DNA of 64,000 nucleotides from Octopus vulgaris (Eukaryota), in assembly GCA_951406725.2 (NCBI GenBank), contig OX597825.1:74958001-75022000 (forward strand), read 5' to 3'. The notes beneath the pieces are model-generated. The model ran no database searches, was not told where the DNA came from, and saw nothing but the letters and a program-made list of their open reading frames with translations. A program made the position numbers and the translations under genes. Below, in pieces: positions 38,073 to 52,264 of the stretch. Within the stretch, counting starts at the first letter, position 1, and every line of letters begins with the position of its first letter.

Positions 38073-41000
38073 ATATATATTGAGAATTGTGTTAAGGCAG
38101 CAAGTTGACAATTGTTCCTGCACTGGACCAGATGCTCTATGATATTTCTCCAACCCTTTAGTTCAGATTCTACTGAGTTTGACATTAACTTTCATCCTTT
38201 CAAGGTCACTAAAATGAGTACTAGTTGGGCACTGGGGTTGATGTTACCAGCTAGCCCCTCCAACCCCAAATTTCAAGTAAGAAGAAAAATATTGAGGATT
38301 GTGATTTGAGGCGAGTTATTTGGTTACTATTTCTAGCATGGAGGCATGTTCAGTGTTGTTACTGATTAACTCCAAGTCAATTCTTATTGTATAAACCTAT
38401 AATGAAAAGCATCTCAGCTGTGACAACCCTGTTATTTTTATCTTTTGGCATAACATATCTAGAGGTATATTATTCAATGCATCTTATTTTTTTAATGATT
38501 TGAGGAAGATTTGACAGCTTTTTTGTTGAAAGTTTTCATGGTGTAATGTGAGACCCTGGCTAGACCTGACATGCTGTCGACTCAACCAGCAGCAACTCTT
38601 GGTACTGGTTGAAATTATTCTGCAAAATAGATAACCTTTCTTTTAAATAATTTAGTTGGTAAGGTGATTATGATAAAGAACAGGGCTAACTTAATTGTCA
38701 TTTGGTATTGCTAACTCAACTTTCTGACTTCAAGTTATGCCTGTAGGGTTAATAAATTATTAGTCTATCACATTGAAACTATAATCATCCTTCATCCTCA
38801 TTGTTTTATGCCTGCTTTCTATGTTGGTATGAAATGGATGGATCCACATGATCTGAGTTTGTTTTTATTTAGAGTTACTGCACTCATTGACAGCTTGTAT
38901 GTGGTGGGGGTCAGCATCTTGCTTTGTAGTTATATTTTTAGTCTGATTTCTGTGACTGAATGCCCTCCATAGCACCAACTTTATAGTATATCCTGGGTAC
39001 ATTTTATTGTAGCTCCAACACTAAATAGTTGGTGATAGATCATTTCTCTTTAACAAGAGAGTGTTTTGTTTTGGGTTAAGCATTGGCAATCTCATTCTCA
39101 TCCCTAAAGAGGAATGTATGAAAGAAGGTGTTTGTAAGGTTATTATTGCTAGACTTTTCCAGAAGATCATGAGTTCAAATCTTACCACAGTCAGTGTGTT
39201 GTATTAGTAGACAAGTGATATCCTTGGTCTGTTATCCTCAGTTTATGTGGGATTGATAGCATAAGTATTATGAAGTGAGAAAATCAGACACCTAATGATA
39301 TATTATTTTCTTAAGAGTTGGATAACTTCCAGTTCTTAATTCATATCCAGCCCATGGATTGTGTAAGGAGCAAGATTACTCGGGCACTATATCCTATTTC
39401 CTACATTAGTTTGTTGATAGTATTTCTGAATTATGGACATCCAATGTGTAAGAATCCCCAAAATATATGATATGGTCCCCAGATAAATGAACATTATTTA
39501 CATCTAATTTACTCTTAATTAGCAAGAAAAGAAAAAACATTAGTCTCCAGAATAATATGAAGATGAAAAAAAAATAAAACAACAAATTTAGATAAAATAA
39601 GAGATTCAATGAAGTTCTTGTATCTGAGTTGGTAAATATAGCTTCCAACTTTTTTTTATCTGTCTAAGCTTGTCTGAAACTCTTTGCATACCATACAACT
39701 TGCCACTCAAGACTGCCTGTGGTCACATATGTTACCAACCCACAGACATTCCATTGTAATCTTTTTTCTTTTTTTTTTATCTTAGAACCTAAATAGTACT
39801 CCAAACATTAGCTTATTATACCAATCAATAGCAGAGTTACAGGTAATTTTCTGAATTGCTCTAGCATTTTTATTATTTTGAAAATTACCATATTTCTTTG
39901 CTGAAATATTGCCATATAATGTTTGTCAATAGGTTTGAAAATAGTTTTGGGGGATAAAAACAAAAAACACGAAATTAAAAGAGCAAGAAAAATATAGACG
40001 TTTATATTTTTTTGCTTTTCTAAAATAAAAAAACGTGTATATTTTTCTTGCTCATCAATGACAAACAAATGTATTGTTATGGTATTAGGGTCTTCCTTTT
40101 GGATCATTATCAATTTGTTGTTATCCAAAAATAACATTTGCAACATCATCAGCTGCTGCAAACAATAGTCTGAGAAATGGAAAGAGAAATAAGTAAAGAG
40201 AATGAACGTTTTCATGTACAATGACCTTCTTTATCCGCAGAATATGTAGAACAATGCCTTGTTGGCATGTGTCCTATCTTAAAGTTGCACCCTTAACAAT
40301 TACCCAGTGTCTTTTGAATCCACTCCTCTCCATGATAATAGCCTATGTATATATGTATATATATATTTGATTGAGAACTGTACATTTGCCAAGTATTGTA
40401 TATCGTTTTGAATAGTTCCCCCCACCCTCAGAAAATGGCCAAAAATAGGAAAATTAATGACTTAGTGACTAAAGAGAATCATTTATCTCATGGCCAATCA
40501 GGGCAATGGCTCCAATTTGGTATGAGTTTTACAACTGATTCAAGTAATTAATTTGTGGCTATTGACAGTTTTTCTTCTTCATATTACTACTTTAGGATTT
40601 GCAATAAAGCAATGTTTACAAACAACATTGTTTTTTTTTTCCATCATATTTTGGACTACCAATCTCTGTAGTTACAAAAACTATATTAAGTATATTAAAT
40701 GTTCATTGAGAGAAATGAGAAGAGCAGAGTATTAGAAAAGTTTGATACTCCACAATAACTGACAAGACTCTTATGGCAACCTTACATACAGAACAAAACC
40801 CAAAACTAAGCTTTCACTTAATTTTAGCATTCTTTAGCTCTGATTAGTAGCTGACTTTGTATGAAACTTCAACAGGATCCACATTAATTTACTGCATATA
40901 TCTATATAGAACAGGGTTGCAGTTATACACAAATATCATAGACATTATATCCAAAAGACTATACTGTTATATTGGTTGATATATATCTCTTCTCTTTTTC

Positions 41001-43357
41001 CTACTGGAGTAGTCATGTCCTTCTCTATTGCAAGACTCGTTGGTTTCTCCTTGTACCATACTCTAACTTTTCATCACTTGGCACAAGACTATTTCTCTCA
41101 ATGTTGCTCCCTTCTCAGTAGAGGCAGGGTTTTGTCTTGTAAGCTACTTGGACCTAATTGATACCATGTAGAAAACGTCCATTACATTCTGTAAAGTGGT
41201 TGGCTTTAAGAAGGGTATCCAGCTGTAGAAGCCATGCCAAAGCAGACAGTTTGGCACAGTCTTCTGGCTTGCCAGCCCCAGTCAAACTATTTAACCTATG
41301 CCTGCATGAAAAGTGGAGGTTAAATAATGGTAATGATACCCTATATCATATATTCCTGCTATCCTTTGTCTATTTCTATCACTAACAATGTTTACTTATA
41401 TAAGCAAAAATTAAAGAAATCTTGATGCACAGAATTTATCAAAGAGTCATCAACTGCTCAATGACCTATGAAGACATCACATTTGAAAGAAAAAAAAGAA
41501 AACTATTTTCCAAAAAAGTCTGAGGCCCACAGCAAACATCCCAGTGGTCCATTTTGTTGCTGATTTCTGCTCTAGAAACACAACTATCATGGTTTCAGCA
41601 TTTCTTGTACTGAAATTATTGTCTTGAGGGAAGTGGTTTGATTATCAGAACCAGTGAATGATTTGATTCTAATATTTTCTAATTTTTTCATACTCTGATT
41701 TGTTGAAGCACGGAATAAACTACTCACATTAGTTGTTAGCCGTTGAGACACAATATCTTTCTGAAAACTTCCATGTTTCCCAAAATTCACCAACAACAAT
41801 ACACCTGATAACTGGCCCTTTTTCTTTTTTCTTTTAATGACTCACTTCCTGTGCATTATTTCATGGTCTGTTTATGCACTCTTGGTTACATTTTCTGATG
41901 AGTTGTATTGCACCTGAGCACTGTAAACATTATTATTTTATATTTTCTCATTTAATTCTTCAAATGTTACATTCTAAACTAAGTAATTGGCTACTTTAGT
42001 TATTTTAGAATTTTTTGCTTCTCACTCTTTTTAGTTTATCCTTCGGTTACATGTGATGAGGGAGATCTACAGAATACTGTGTCAAATTTTTAATTATAGT
42101 TCAGTGTTAAATATTGTTGTGTTATGGAAATGTCTTGTAGAATGTAAGCTTTCAGGCATCCAAGTCAATGAATTGGTTTTAATTCTCAGTTTGAAACTGT
42201 TTCTATTTTTTCTTTTTTTTTCTTTATTCCTGCATGATGTAAGTATTCAATCATTCAGGTAGAAGGTATCACAGTTTTTTTGCCCCAAAATTAAATTGAA
42301 GTAATCTCCTATTGATATACACCCCTCTATTAAACCAGTTAATCTATTCATTATACTTGTTACAGATAAGGAAAACAAAAATTAATTGCTTAATTATTAG
42401 CACAGTTAATTATAGAATTCAATATTAACTGAAACAAGCCGGAGGTGGGGTTACCCCTACTAACATTAACATCATCACCATCAATATCATCATCATCAGC
42501 AGCAGCAGCAACATCGACTCAGCTAGGAAGCCTTACAACACCTTGATATGGCTTATAGCATGTTTGGTAAAAATCACTAATGTATAATGCTCTTTGGATT
42601 TTGATAATGTAATGAAATGCCAAAGTTACTTGTTTCCAAACATATACAAATGCAAACCCAGAGATATGCATGCTTGCATGTATGTATATTTATGTGTGCA
42701 TGTAATTTTCACTCACATATACACAACACATGTTGCGCATAAATATTTTATGAGTTATGTGTTCATGAATCTATGGCTCTCCTTAGAATTCTTACCAATA
42801 ATAGCTGGGATTAATTAGTCTTCCTTGTTTATTAGAATGAGTCTCCCATTTCAAAGAACCAAAATGGGTAGTTTCCCCTTTTATCTCACTGCGCTAAAGT
42901 AATGAGGGTCAGTTTAGTGACCTTGTTAACAATGCGTGTCCTCTTCCCCTACACTGGATAGTACTGTTGTGTTTATTAGTATTTTCTCCCAATATTTTTA
43001 CGACATTTTTTTATGTATATATTATTACATTTTTATGTAGAAGCAAGCATCAAATTTGAAATTCTGTCTGTGATATATTATGAGAAAAGAAGAAATTAAA
43101 TGTAAAAGAACAATGAACTACTCTATCGTCTTTACATCCTGTCATTTATTATTTATTTGTCGTGTTATTCAGTTCAAAATAAAAATATGAAGTCACTGGT
43201 TTCTTTTCTTTCTCTTAGATTTAGATTTTTCCTTTTCATCTTTGTTAGTTCCTTTTCTTTTCTACCTCTCACTTTCTCTCCCTTTCACTCCATGCCTTTT
43301 TCTCTCTCAGTCCATGTTTTCTTCTTATTTTTTCATTTTACATCCTTCTCTGTTTAA

Positions 43358-43579
43358 CCCTTTAGTGTTCGCATTATTCTTCCAAAATTAATCCTTTTTT
43401 ATCCACATTGTTTTGAACTAATCATGCATTATCTTGGAGCTTTGAGATTATGATGAGGTAGCTGTTAATTTTTAAAACAGTATTGTAGGGTTGGTGTGAG
43501 AGACCAGATCTCACCAGTATGAACATAAAACAGGCAGAATACTTTTGGCCGGATATGGCCGGTTAAAAATGCTAAAGGG
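43358..43579. mobile_element. piggyBac-like MITE (222 bp)
   Basis: TTAA at 43354-43357 and 43580-43583; termini CCCTTTAGTGTT / AATGCTAAAGGG. An older copy lies at ~43937-44149. Confidence 0.85.
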
Positions 43580-44424
43580 TTAAATAAGCTCTTCTTTTAT
43601 ATATTTAGAGTGTATGTGATTACTTGACCTGGTAGAAATAACCATTGAATCACACTACCTAAAAACAAAAAAACACCCTGCTTTAGATAAAATAATTCCT
43701 AGATACCTTTAAAAAGAGGGGATGGCTACAATGGTTATTGTTGGAATATCTTTGACCATATTTCTGTTTGCCTGCTAGATCTGACTCCAAGGTGAACAAC
43801 AACAACAATAACTGTGAATATAAGATAGAAAACAAAGTATTTAAAATGTTGATTTGTTAATTTTAAAAAAGTACTTGTAGTCTACATAATTTTTCTTCAA
43901 GCAAGATGATCTCCCAAGCTGTTCATGGATGCTTTACTCTTTAGCATTCGGATTATTCTGTCAGATGTAATGCTTATTTATTCACATTGTTTTGAATTAA
44001 TCCTGCATCGTCTCATACATTCAAGATTTCAATGCTGTGATTATTTTTAGAATGACATTGTAGTGTAGGTGTGAGATGCCAGATCTGTTCTGGTTTGAGC
44101 ACAAAACAGAACATTTGGGCCTGGTATGGCCAGTTTAAATGCTAAAGAGTTACTCTGAGTAGCTCATTGGCAGAATAATTAGAGCATGCCTTGCAATATT
44201 TATTCCAGCTTTTAACATCTTGTGTTCAAATCTCACCAAGGTCCGTAAAATTTGCTTTTTATCTTTCTGGGGTCAATAACATACAGTATCTGTCATATAT
44301 TGGAGGCTCAAATCTGACTACTGATGAACATGTTAGTCCATACTATGGACCAACATGTTGTATTTGAACCTGGTTCTCTTCCTAACTATAGGGTTCTAAT
44401 AGCAAAGTGATACATTAGTTGAAG

Positions 44425-44510
44425 CAGTGCTGGATTAACCATTAAGCAAAATAAGCACATGCTCAGGGCATCAAAAAAGTTGGGGCACCACAGAAATGGT
44501 AAATGGTTTA
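44425..44510. mobile_element. Possible single terminus of a hAT-like DNA transposon
   Basis: CAGTGCTGGATTAACCATTAAGCAAAATAAGCACATGCTCAGGGCATC resembles hAT MITE ends (from memory); the other end was not found. Confidence 0.35.
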
Positions 44511-45797
44511 TAGCACACACACACACAAAAAAATCACTTGAAACTTGCTAAAATAATGTTCAAAGTGGTTTACATAATCAGAAATATAATTATCAGATGT
44601 GTTACCTAAGATTAATTTTGAGGATCTGATCAAAGACTTTGCAATTAAAAAAAAAAAGAAAACTTTTCGAATATAAATAAAGTGGAAGTATACAAAAGTA
44701 AACATTTTTTTTTCCATCTTATTGTTTTGATTCATTTTGAGAAATAAAAGTTTATTTTATGGCTTATTATTGTTTTTAATACTATAATATTATTGCTATT
44801 CTTCCTTAGAGTTGTTAGGGTTGTACCACTTCCTGAACCACTTCCTGAACTGCTTATTTCTGTTCCTCTGTTTTTACTTTTGTGTCTAATCTCTCCAGGA
44901 CCCTCACTCTAATAGTGTTTTTCCTTCCCAGCCTATCAATTCTCTGGAATCCAAACCTTGCTCATGTCTATACCACACAGGTGTTGACTTAGAGGTTCGA
45001 GAGAAATATTAACGGCATGAATCTCACCATTCTAGGTGAAAAACTCAAAAGCACTTCTCTACCCTCAAGACCCAGCAAGTAAAAAGAATATAGGGAAAAT
45101 AAAAAAAAAAAAGAAAACTGCTCTCCACTTTTCCCTATCTCTCTCAAAACCTGACCCTACCAAATCAAAGAATGATAGTATAACAGATGGAGAGAGCAGG
45201 GTTGTTCTGATGATTCATATCCATGTATACAATTACTCAATTATTAATTATATAGTCAACATTTTATCATTATTATTATTATCATCATTATTATAATAAT
45301 ATTATTATTAGCTGGTTTCTTTTGATTTCTAAATTCTTTTCAGTCTATCACATTGTTTGGCCGTTTCATTTCAGGCATGTTTCAAATTCCTCTTGGAGCA
45401 ATTATGTATCTGAGATAATAATTCTCTCCAAGACAATTAATTAAATTAGATATAATCTCATTTATCTGTGCTCAATTTACTTGCAGTTTTTCATTAATTC
45501 ATTTGTTTCATCTTCGTCTATTGTTTTTTCCTTTATATAAATTTGTGTATGTGCATGTGTTTTCAAACCATTTAATTTCTTAATCCCTTTTCTTCCCATA
45601 TTTATCATTAAATATACTTGGCTCTGTATTTCAATTAGTTAAAAAAAAAAAATCAATAAAATGAAATTTTAAGAAAACTGAAGAATTTGCAGAGATTTAA
45701 AATCTCACCAAATGTTTGTTTAAACCAGGTGTTTACAATGTCATTTTAAATAAGATATTCATAAGTAAAATGTATGATGTAAGGTTTTAATTTAAAT

Positions 45798-46132
45798 ATG
45801 GGAATGCGGAGGTTGGAGGAATCGGTGGAATGGTTGGCAAGGGCGAATGGAGTGAGGTGGTATGGACATGTGTTGAGGAAGGATGAAGAGCATGTTCTTA
45901 GGAAGGTGACTGTGTTTGAGGTAAATGGAGCGCAAAAGCGAGGTAGACCAAGAAAAAGGTGGAAGGGACAAGTAGAGGAGGAGATTGGGAAGCTTGGTTT
46001 GAAAAAAAGATGCCCAAAACTGGGCAAGATGGTGAGATGGTGTGAGGGCAGTTGCTATGCCATTGAGGTAGATTCTGCCACCCCGTTAACGGGAATAAAA
46101 CCCAAGTTTAAAACTCTTGATGATGATGATGA
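45798..46132 (+). mobile_element. 5'-truncated RTE-clade LINE with (GAT)n tail
   Basis: VRWYGHVLRKDEEHVLRK...GAQKRGRPRKRWKGQVEEEI is the RTE RT C-terminal signature; ends GATGATGATGATGA. Appears to interrupt an older MITE-like repeat (~45580-46180). Confidence 0.9.
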
Positions 46133-46721
46133 GCTCTTTAAACCAAGTAGTTTTTGTTATCAAAGAACCAGAGGCAGACTAAATTGCATTGATATCTCTT
46201 TTATGATTCTTTTTATGTATGCTTTCTTTTTCCTCTTCCTTCCCTCCTCATCCTCTTCTGTCTATGTATATGTGTATAAATACACCTGTGTGTATGTGTG
46301 TATCTTTTACCTTTTATTTCTTTTAGTCATTGAACTGCAGCTGTGCTGGTGTACCACAATTGAAGGGATTAACTGAACAAATTAATCCTAGCACTTATTT
46401 TTTTAAAAAGTCTTTTGATTTCTTTCACCAAACCACTAATTTAGAGATGTAAACAAACCAACACCGGTTGCCAAGTAGTAAGGAGGGGGTGGGTAAACAT
46501 AAAAACACATACATATATATATCTTTAGATCTCTCTCTCTGTCTACATATATATATATGGCAGGCTTCTACACATTTTCCATCTAATAAATTCATTCACT
46601 GACCACTAGTTGGCCCAGAGCTATAGTAGATGACTCTTGTCTAAGATGCCATGCAGTTTGACTGAACTCAAAACCACTGGTTTACAAAGCAAGGTTCTTA
46701 ACCACTCAGCCATACCTGCAG

Positions 46722-46758
<37 letters not shown>

Positions 46759-46760
46759 CT

Positions 46761-46944
46761 TGTTTCAGTCACATTGACTGTAGCCATGCTAGAATACCTC
46801 CTTAAAGGGTTTTAGCTGAGTGATCTACCGTAGGACTTTTTTTTTTAAGCCTAGTACTTACTCTATCAGTCTTGTTTGCTAAACTGCTAAGTTATGGGGA
46901 CGTAAACATACCAGCATCAATTGCCAAGTTGTAATGGGTGTGAC

Positions 46945-46980
<36 letters not shown>

Positions 46981-47150
46981 GCACATATATACGACGGGCT
47001 CCTTTCAGTTTCCGTCTACTAAATCCACTCACAAGGCTTTGGTTGGTCCAAGGCTATAGTAGGAGACTCTTGCCTAAAGTACCATGCAGTGGGACTAAAC
47101 GCAGAACCATGTGGTTGGGAAGCAAGCTTCTTACCACAAAACCACAACTG
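46761..47150 (-). mobile_element. SINE family B copy (an older adjacent copy lies at ~46305-46720)
   Basis: Homologous to 9431-9821 over its full length. Confidence 0.8.
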
Positions 47151-47151
47151 C

Positions 47152-47183
<32 letters not shown>

Positions 47184-47395
47184 CAATAATAATAAAGGGT
47201 AAAATTAATCAATTAGTAATTAATAATTCCACCAAGTAGTATTCAGCATGTTAAAAGGACCATTTTCGGTAAATTTAAACAATATTTCTTTATAATTATG
47301 AGGTATAATTATAATTAGGGTTCAGCAAAAAAATTTGCTTAACCACATACTGAACTTTAGAAATATCAGCCAAATAATTATAAAGAAATATTATA
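47184..47395. repeat. TA-flanked AT-rich element related to 10521-10700
   Basis: Shares ordered motifs ATAAAGG.TAA..., CAAGT.GT..CAGCATG..AAA..ACC, AATTAGGGT and AAATA.CAGCCA; both copies sit in (TA)n. Confidence 0.5.
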
Positions 47396-47962
47396 TAATA
47401 TATATATATATATATATAATGTATGTATATATAATGTATGTATTTTCACATTCCTCTATTATTGTCAATGTATCACTCGGCTGCAAAATCCCTTTGGAAT
47501 GACATTCCTAAGCTGTTTGTTATTGTTGCTTCCCACTGCATTTTCCCAAATGTTGCTTGCTGCTAGTGACTTGGCTGGTGGGAGAAGCGTCAAGGCGGAA
47601 TAATTATTTGGCTCTTGACCTTTTCTATTGATTTCTTAAGGAGCAGATCCCGTCTCAAAAATTTCATTCATAACAAAACTATTTCGAAAATATTTTCCTG
47701 CTTTCTAATCTACATGAAAATGTGTGTGTGTGTGTGTGTGTATGTGTCTGTCTGCCTGCCTATCTGATTTCCTTTCAATAAACACGTGTAGCTGCATCTT
47801 ATCAACCCTTGCAAACACCTTTTTGTTACCTACTTCTCTATTTCTCTCTCCTTCTCTTTTACATCTCTTTCTCTCTCTCTCTCTCTGTGTATACATATAC
47901 ACACATGTATATTTATACATAAATACATATCTTTCCTTATCCTGGTTTTGATCTATCTAGTT

Positions 47963-48179
47963 GTCTGTCTGTCTATCTGTCTCTATCTCTTTCTCTCTCT
48001 GTCTCTATCTCTTTCTCTCTCTGTCTCTATCTCTTTCTCTCTCTGTCTCTATCTCTTTCTCTCTCTGTCTCTATCTTTCTCTGTCTCTATCTTTCTCTGT
48101 CTCTCTTTCTCTCTCTGTCTCTCTTTCTCTCTCTGTCTCTCTTTCTCTCTCTGTCTCTCTTTCTCTCTCTGTCTCTCTT

Positions 48180-48235
<56 letters not shown>

Positions 48236-48400
48236 TGTCTCTCTTTCTCTCTCTGTCTCTGTCTCTCTCTCTGTCTCTCTTTCTCTCTCTGTCTCTCTTT
48301 CTCTCTCTGTCTCTCTATCTCTCTCTCTGTCTCTCTATCCCTCTCTATCTTTCTCTTTCTCTCTCTGTTTATCTCTATTTCTATCTTTTAACTTTCTTTT
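47963..48400 (+). repeat. CT-rich compound microsatellite / polypyrimidine tract
   Basis: (CTCTGTCTCTCTTTCTCT)-like units; source of the SL/SV ORFs. Confidence 0.93.
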
Positions 48401-49373
48401 CCTGTTTTATATTTATCATTGTGTGTGTGTGTGTGTGTGTTCTCTTGGTTATTTTCTGTCATCATCTCATTTTTTTTTATCCCCACCCCACTCCTACTTC
48501 AGCTCACTCAAGCCACCCCATCTACCCCATCGGCTGTTGTTTATATCTCTCCTTCACTCTATGCAATTTGTTTCTCAAACACCTTTACACCATGCTTGTC
48601 TCTCTCTCTCTCCCTGTCTCTCTATGTACCTCTCTCTCTCTATCTGTCTCTCCCTCCTTCAATTCATGCTCCTTTACCCACCCTCTGAATGTATACCACT
48701 CTCCCTCTCTCTCTCTTTCTCCCCCCCCCCCCGTTTAAATCCATGTCACTCTCTTCTTCTCTTTGCTGTTTGCCTCTCCCTTCTCTCTCTCGCTCTCAAA
48801 GCTAGTTTCTCTTTCATACTTCAGGTCCGTCATTCAATGTTGACAACATCAGTCATGCTTTAGGATTGTAATTCCATGCATCTGCTGACAAACCCTGCTA
48901 CGCATGCATACACGATCCATTCAGATAAGAAATGCAACAAAACTCAACGATATTAACCTATTATATCACCATCGTCATCATCATCATCATCATCAACAAT
49001 AGCAGCAATGTAGAAGAAAATAAGGGTTTTGTAAATTTATCTCCTTTTATTGTCCCCTGACCTAATAAAATTCCATTGCAGTCAAATTTCACCAGAACCT
49101 CTTCAAGAATGGTTGATGATTCACACATTCTACTTTCTCTCCCTCACCTACTCTCCCTCACCTACTCTCCTTCACCCGCTCTCCCTCACCTACCCTCTCT
49201 CTCTCTTTCTCTTGTTGCATAAGTGTGTTTCATTTAACAAATATGAGCATCTCCATTCTTCTATCTTTTCCTCCCTTGGTTCCTTGTTTCCGACAGTTTC
49301 CCAGTTCCATTCATCTTATTTGACCCACACATTCTCCAGGAATATTTTGGACAGCAATTTTCAAAGGAATTCC

Positions 49374-49411
<38 letters not shown>

Positions 49412-49868
49412 TGTGTGCACACACATTTGTATGGGTATGTGTATATGTGAATATGTGTGTGTGTGTGTATATTATGTGTGTATATACATACACACACATA
49501 CAATCAGGATGCGTGTTTTTATTATTTCACTTGCAAGGTCATCATCATCCTCATCATCTTATATCCATCACGGCCCTTTGCCATCTTAAACACAAAAAAA
49601 AATTGCCAGTTTCTATGCATTATGATTTTTATTTATTTCATGCATGTATGTATACATATAGGTATTATATAATGTATATAAATGATTGGCTGTGTGTGTA
49701 TGTGGTGGATAATGTTTACTAGGTGAATATGGAAGTTATTATGTATAAAGCTTTTGATTCAGCAGTAGTTTTTACTTGAATATCTAACTTAATAGATGTC
49801 CATGAGAATCACAGTTCAATTTTTGGAATTGACACAAAAAATCTCAATCATATATATATATATACATG

Positions 49869-49911
<43 letters not shown>

Positions 49912-51379
49912 TTACACATTCATCCATACATATATGATATGGTAATACTTGAAACAAAGTAAAGAAACAGCACTCAATATCATGAAGTAGAGTATATATA
50001 TTTAATTTGGTTGACTGAAATTAATGTTGACAGTTTGTTGTAGTTTCCTTGTGGAAAAAAAAATATTCCTTTTTGTGGAGAATAGTTCCATTTTCTGTTG
50101 TATTCTTCTCAATGTATCAGCCGTGTCATTTTGATTTTGAACACTTGAAAATATAGACTAATTTCTTTCTGTTATTGAGTGGCAAAACAATTTCACTTAA
50201 TAAAAGGCATTCAACTATATATGTATGCACATATGTGTATATTTGTATGTATCTCTTTATATACATACATACACATCTCCTTCTACATATATCTATATAA
50301 TCTCTCTCTCTCTCCAAACACATACACAGATACTAAATATTTACAGTAATATCCAATCCTTGCTTCTACTGGGGTGCTAAATGTAAAAACTTAAAAAGAA
50401 TAATTTTACTACTATTACTACTACTGCTACTACTACTACTGCTACTACTACTGCTGCTGCTGCTACTGTTCAAATAATGGGGTGTGATTTGGAGCTGTTA
50501 ATCTCATTTCTTTTGGAATTATTCCCAACTTTGTAAGCAAACTCTCATTTCAGTAGTGACCTGGTTTCACTTATCCATGCTTTCTTTTGTTATTGCCTAT
50601 GTTTACCTTGTAGCAAGTAGTTAACTGTATGAGCACCCATAAAATGAACTCCATAAACTGCCCAGACAGCTTGCTAGTTGGTAGTTGATAGTTTTTGTTA
50701 ACAAGGTGATCTAATTAGTGTTTGGAAATGGCTGCAATGAAAGTGTAGTGGGTGCTGGAATAGCTAGCTGTGCGGTTAGGAAATTTGTTTTGTAACTGTA
50801 TGGTTTTCAGTTCAATCCAACAGTACAGCACTTTGGGCAAATTCCATTTGTTGTGACCTCGAGTCTGCTTATTGACCATCATAAACATATGATTGTGTGG
50901 TCAGTTTTATCATGTTTTGATCTCGCATCTATTGTGTATGTATTGTCATTCATACACTCACATGAGCACAGCTGAATGGTTAAGCAGTTTGCTTTGCAAT
51001 TTTGAAACCCCAGGTTCAATCTTGATGCCGAATATTTTATATTTTTTTTTTGTTTACCAGAGATGCTGTATGTCTGTGTAGTTAAGAAGCTCGCTTTGTA
51101 ATCATGTAGTTTCAGGTTTGGTCCCACTGCACAGCACCTTGGGCAAGTGTCTTCTATTATAGCCCTGAGCCAACCAGTGGCTTGTGAGTGAATTTGGTAG
51201 ACGTTATGTAGAAGCTTGTCTTATATATGTATGTGTGTATTTGTGTTTGTCCCCCACCACTGCTCGAGAACCAATGTTGGTTTGTTTACATTGCTGTAAC
51301 TTAGCAGTTTGGCAAAAGGGAATATAGAATCAGTACCAGACACTAAAATATCTACTGGTTTCAATATGTTCAACTAAAC

Positions 51380-51688
51380 TAGGCCTGGCCAACTCGAATT
51401 ACATTGTGAGTCACTTTAATCACAGAAAGTTTTTTGAGGGCCTCCTGTATACTGACTGAATTGAAAGCATTTTGCTTTCTCATGCTGTTATTACAATAAT
51501 GAAAGAATGATTGTTGATTCAACATGAAATATTATCATTGCAAAAACAATATTATTGTTAGTTTTTACTTTTCATTACAATCTTTAATTTTTGATAAAAT
51601 TTTTGAAATGTTTGTTTAAATGAACCCATTTCAAGACAGTACCAAGCAGGCCTCATGCGGCCCTTGGGCCTCAGGTTGGCCAGCCCTG
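51380..51688. mobile_element. hAT (Charlie-like) MITE, 309 bp, inserted in a family B SINE
   Basis: Termini TAGGCCTGGCCAAC / GTTGGCCAGCCCTG; 8-bp TSD AACTAAAC (51372-51379) / GACTAAAC (51689-51696) with central TA. The SINE sequence resumes after the element. Confidence 0.88.
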
Positions 51689-52264
51689 GACTAAACTCTT
51701 TAAAACAGTGCCACAGCATGGCTGCTGTTAAATGACTGAAACAACAGAGATAAAAGAAGATAGCCTTTATCTGACCTCACATGGTGACTAGAGCAAGAGA
51801 GAGTGGTGGGCCTGTGAGGATTCATAAAGGGGACAGACAATTCATCATCATCATCATTTAGCGTCCGCTTTCCATGCTAGCATGGGTTGGACAGTTCAAC
51901 TGGGGTCTGGGAAGCCAGAAGGCTGCACCAGGCCCAGTCTGATCTGGCAGTGTTTCTGCAGCTGGATGCCTTTCCTAACACCAACCACTCCGTGAGTGTA
52001 GTGGGTGCTTTTTACAATAAAATTAAGATGTTTTCCCATGTTTTAAACTGGTCTAAGACCATTGTGAAAAAAGAAGAATTATATGGATGCAAACTCTTAT
52101 TTTGTCTTCTCAATAAAAAAAGAAAAAAAAAACATGTATGTTGAAGATAAGGAGTGAGGTGAAATTTCACTAATATTTTGGTGAAGCCTAATATCCTTCA
52201 ATTTGAGAACTTCTAGTCTGTGGGTAAGAAGACAGTCGCAAATAGAAAGCGACTAAAATGGGGT

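Noticed and set aside
39808-40221. 137-aa minus-strand ORF
   Set aside because: AT-rich F/I/K/L composition typical of chance ORFs; no domain recognised.
40235-40350. Acceptor-like TTCTTTATCCGCAG followed by an open frame
   Set aside because: No recognisable protein motif and no good downstream donor.
44321-44365. CTGATGA followed by a stem as a hammerhead
   Set aside because: No GAAA core after the stem and no stem I. CTGATGA at ~4687 and ~41895 likewise lie within other repeats without the fold.
45798-46376. 192-aa ORF as a host gene
   Set aside because: The N-terminal part is an RTE reverse-transcriptase C-terminus; the rest is frameshifted read-through into flanking repeats.
47948-48863. 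300-aa SL/SV-rich ORF
   Set aside because: CT microsatellite translation.
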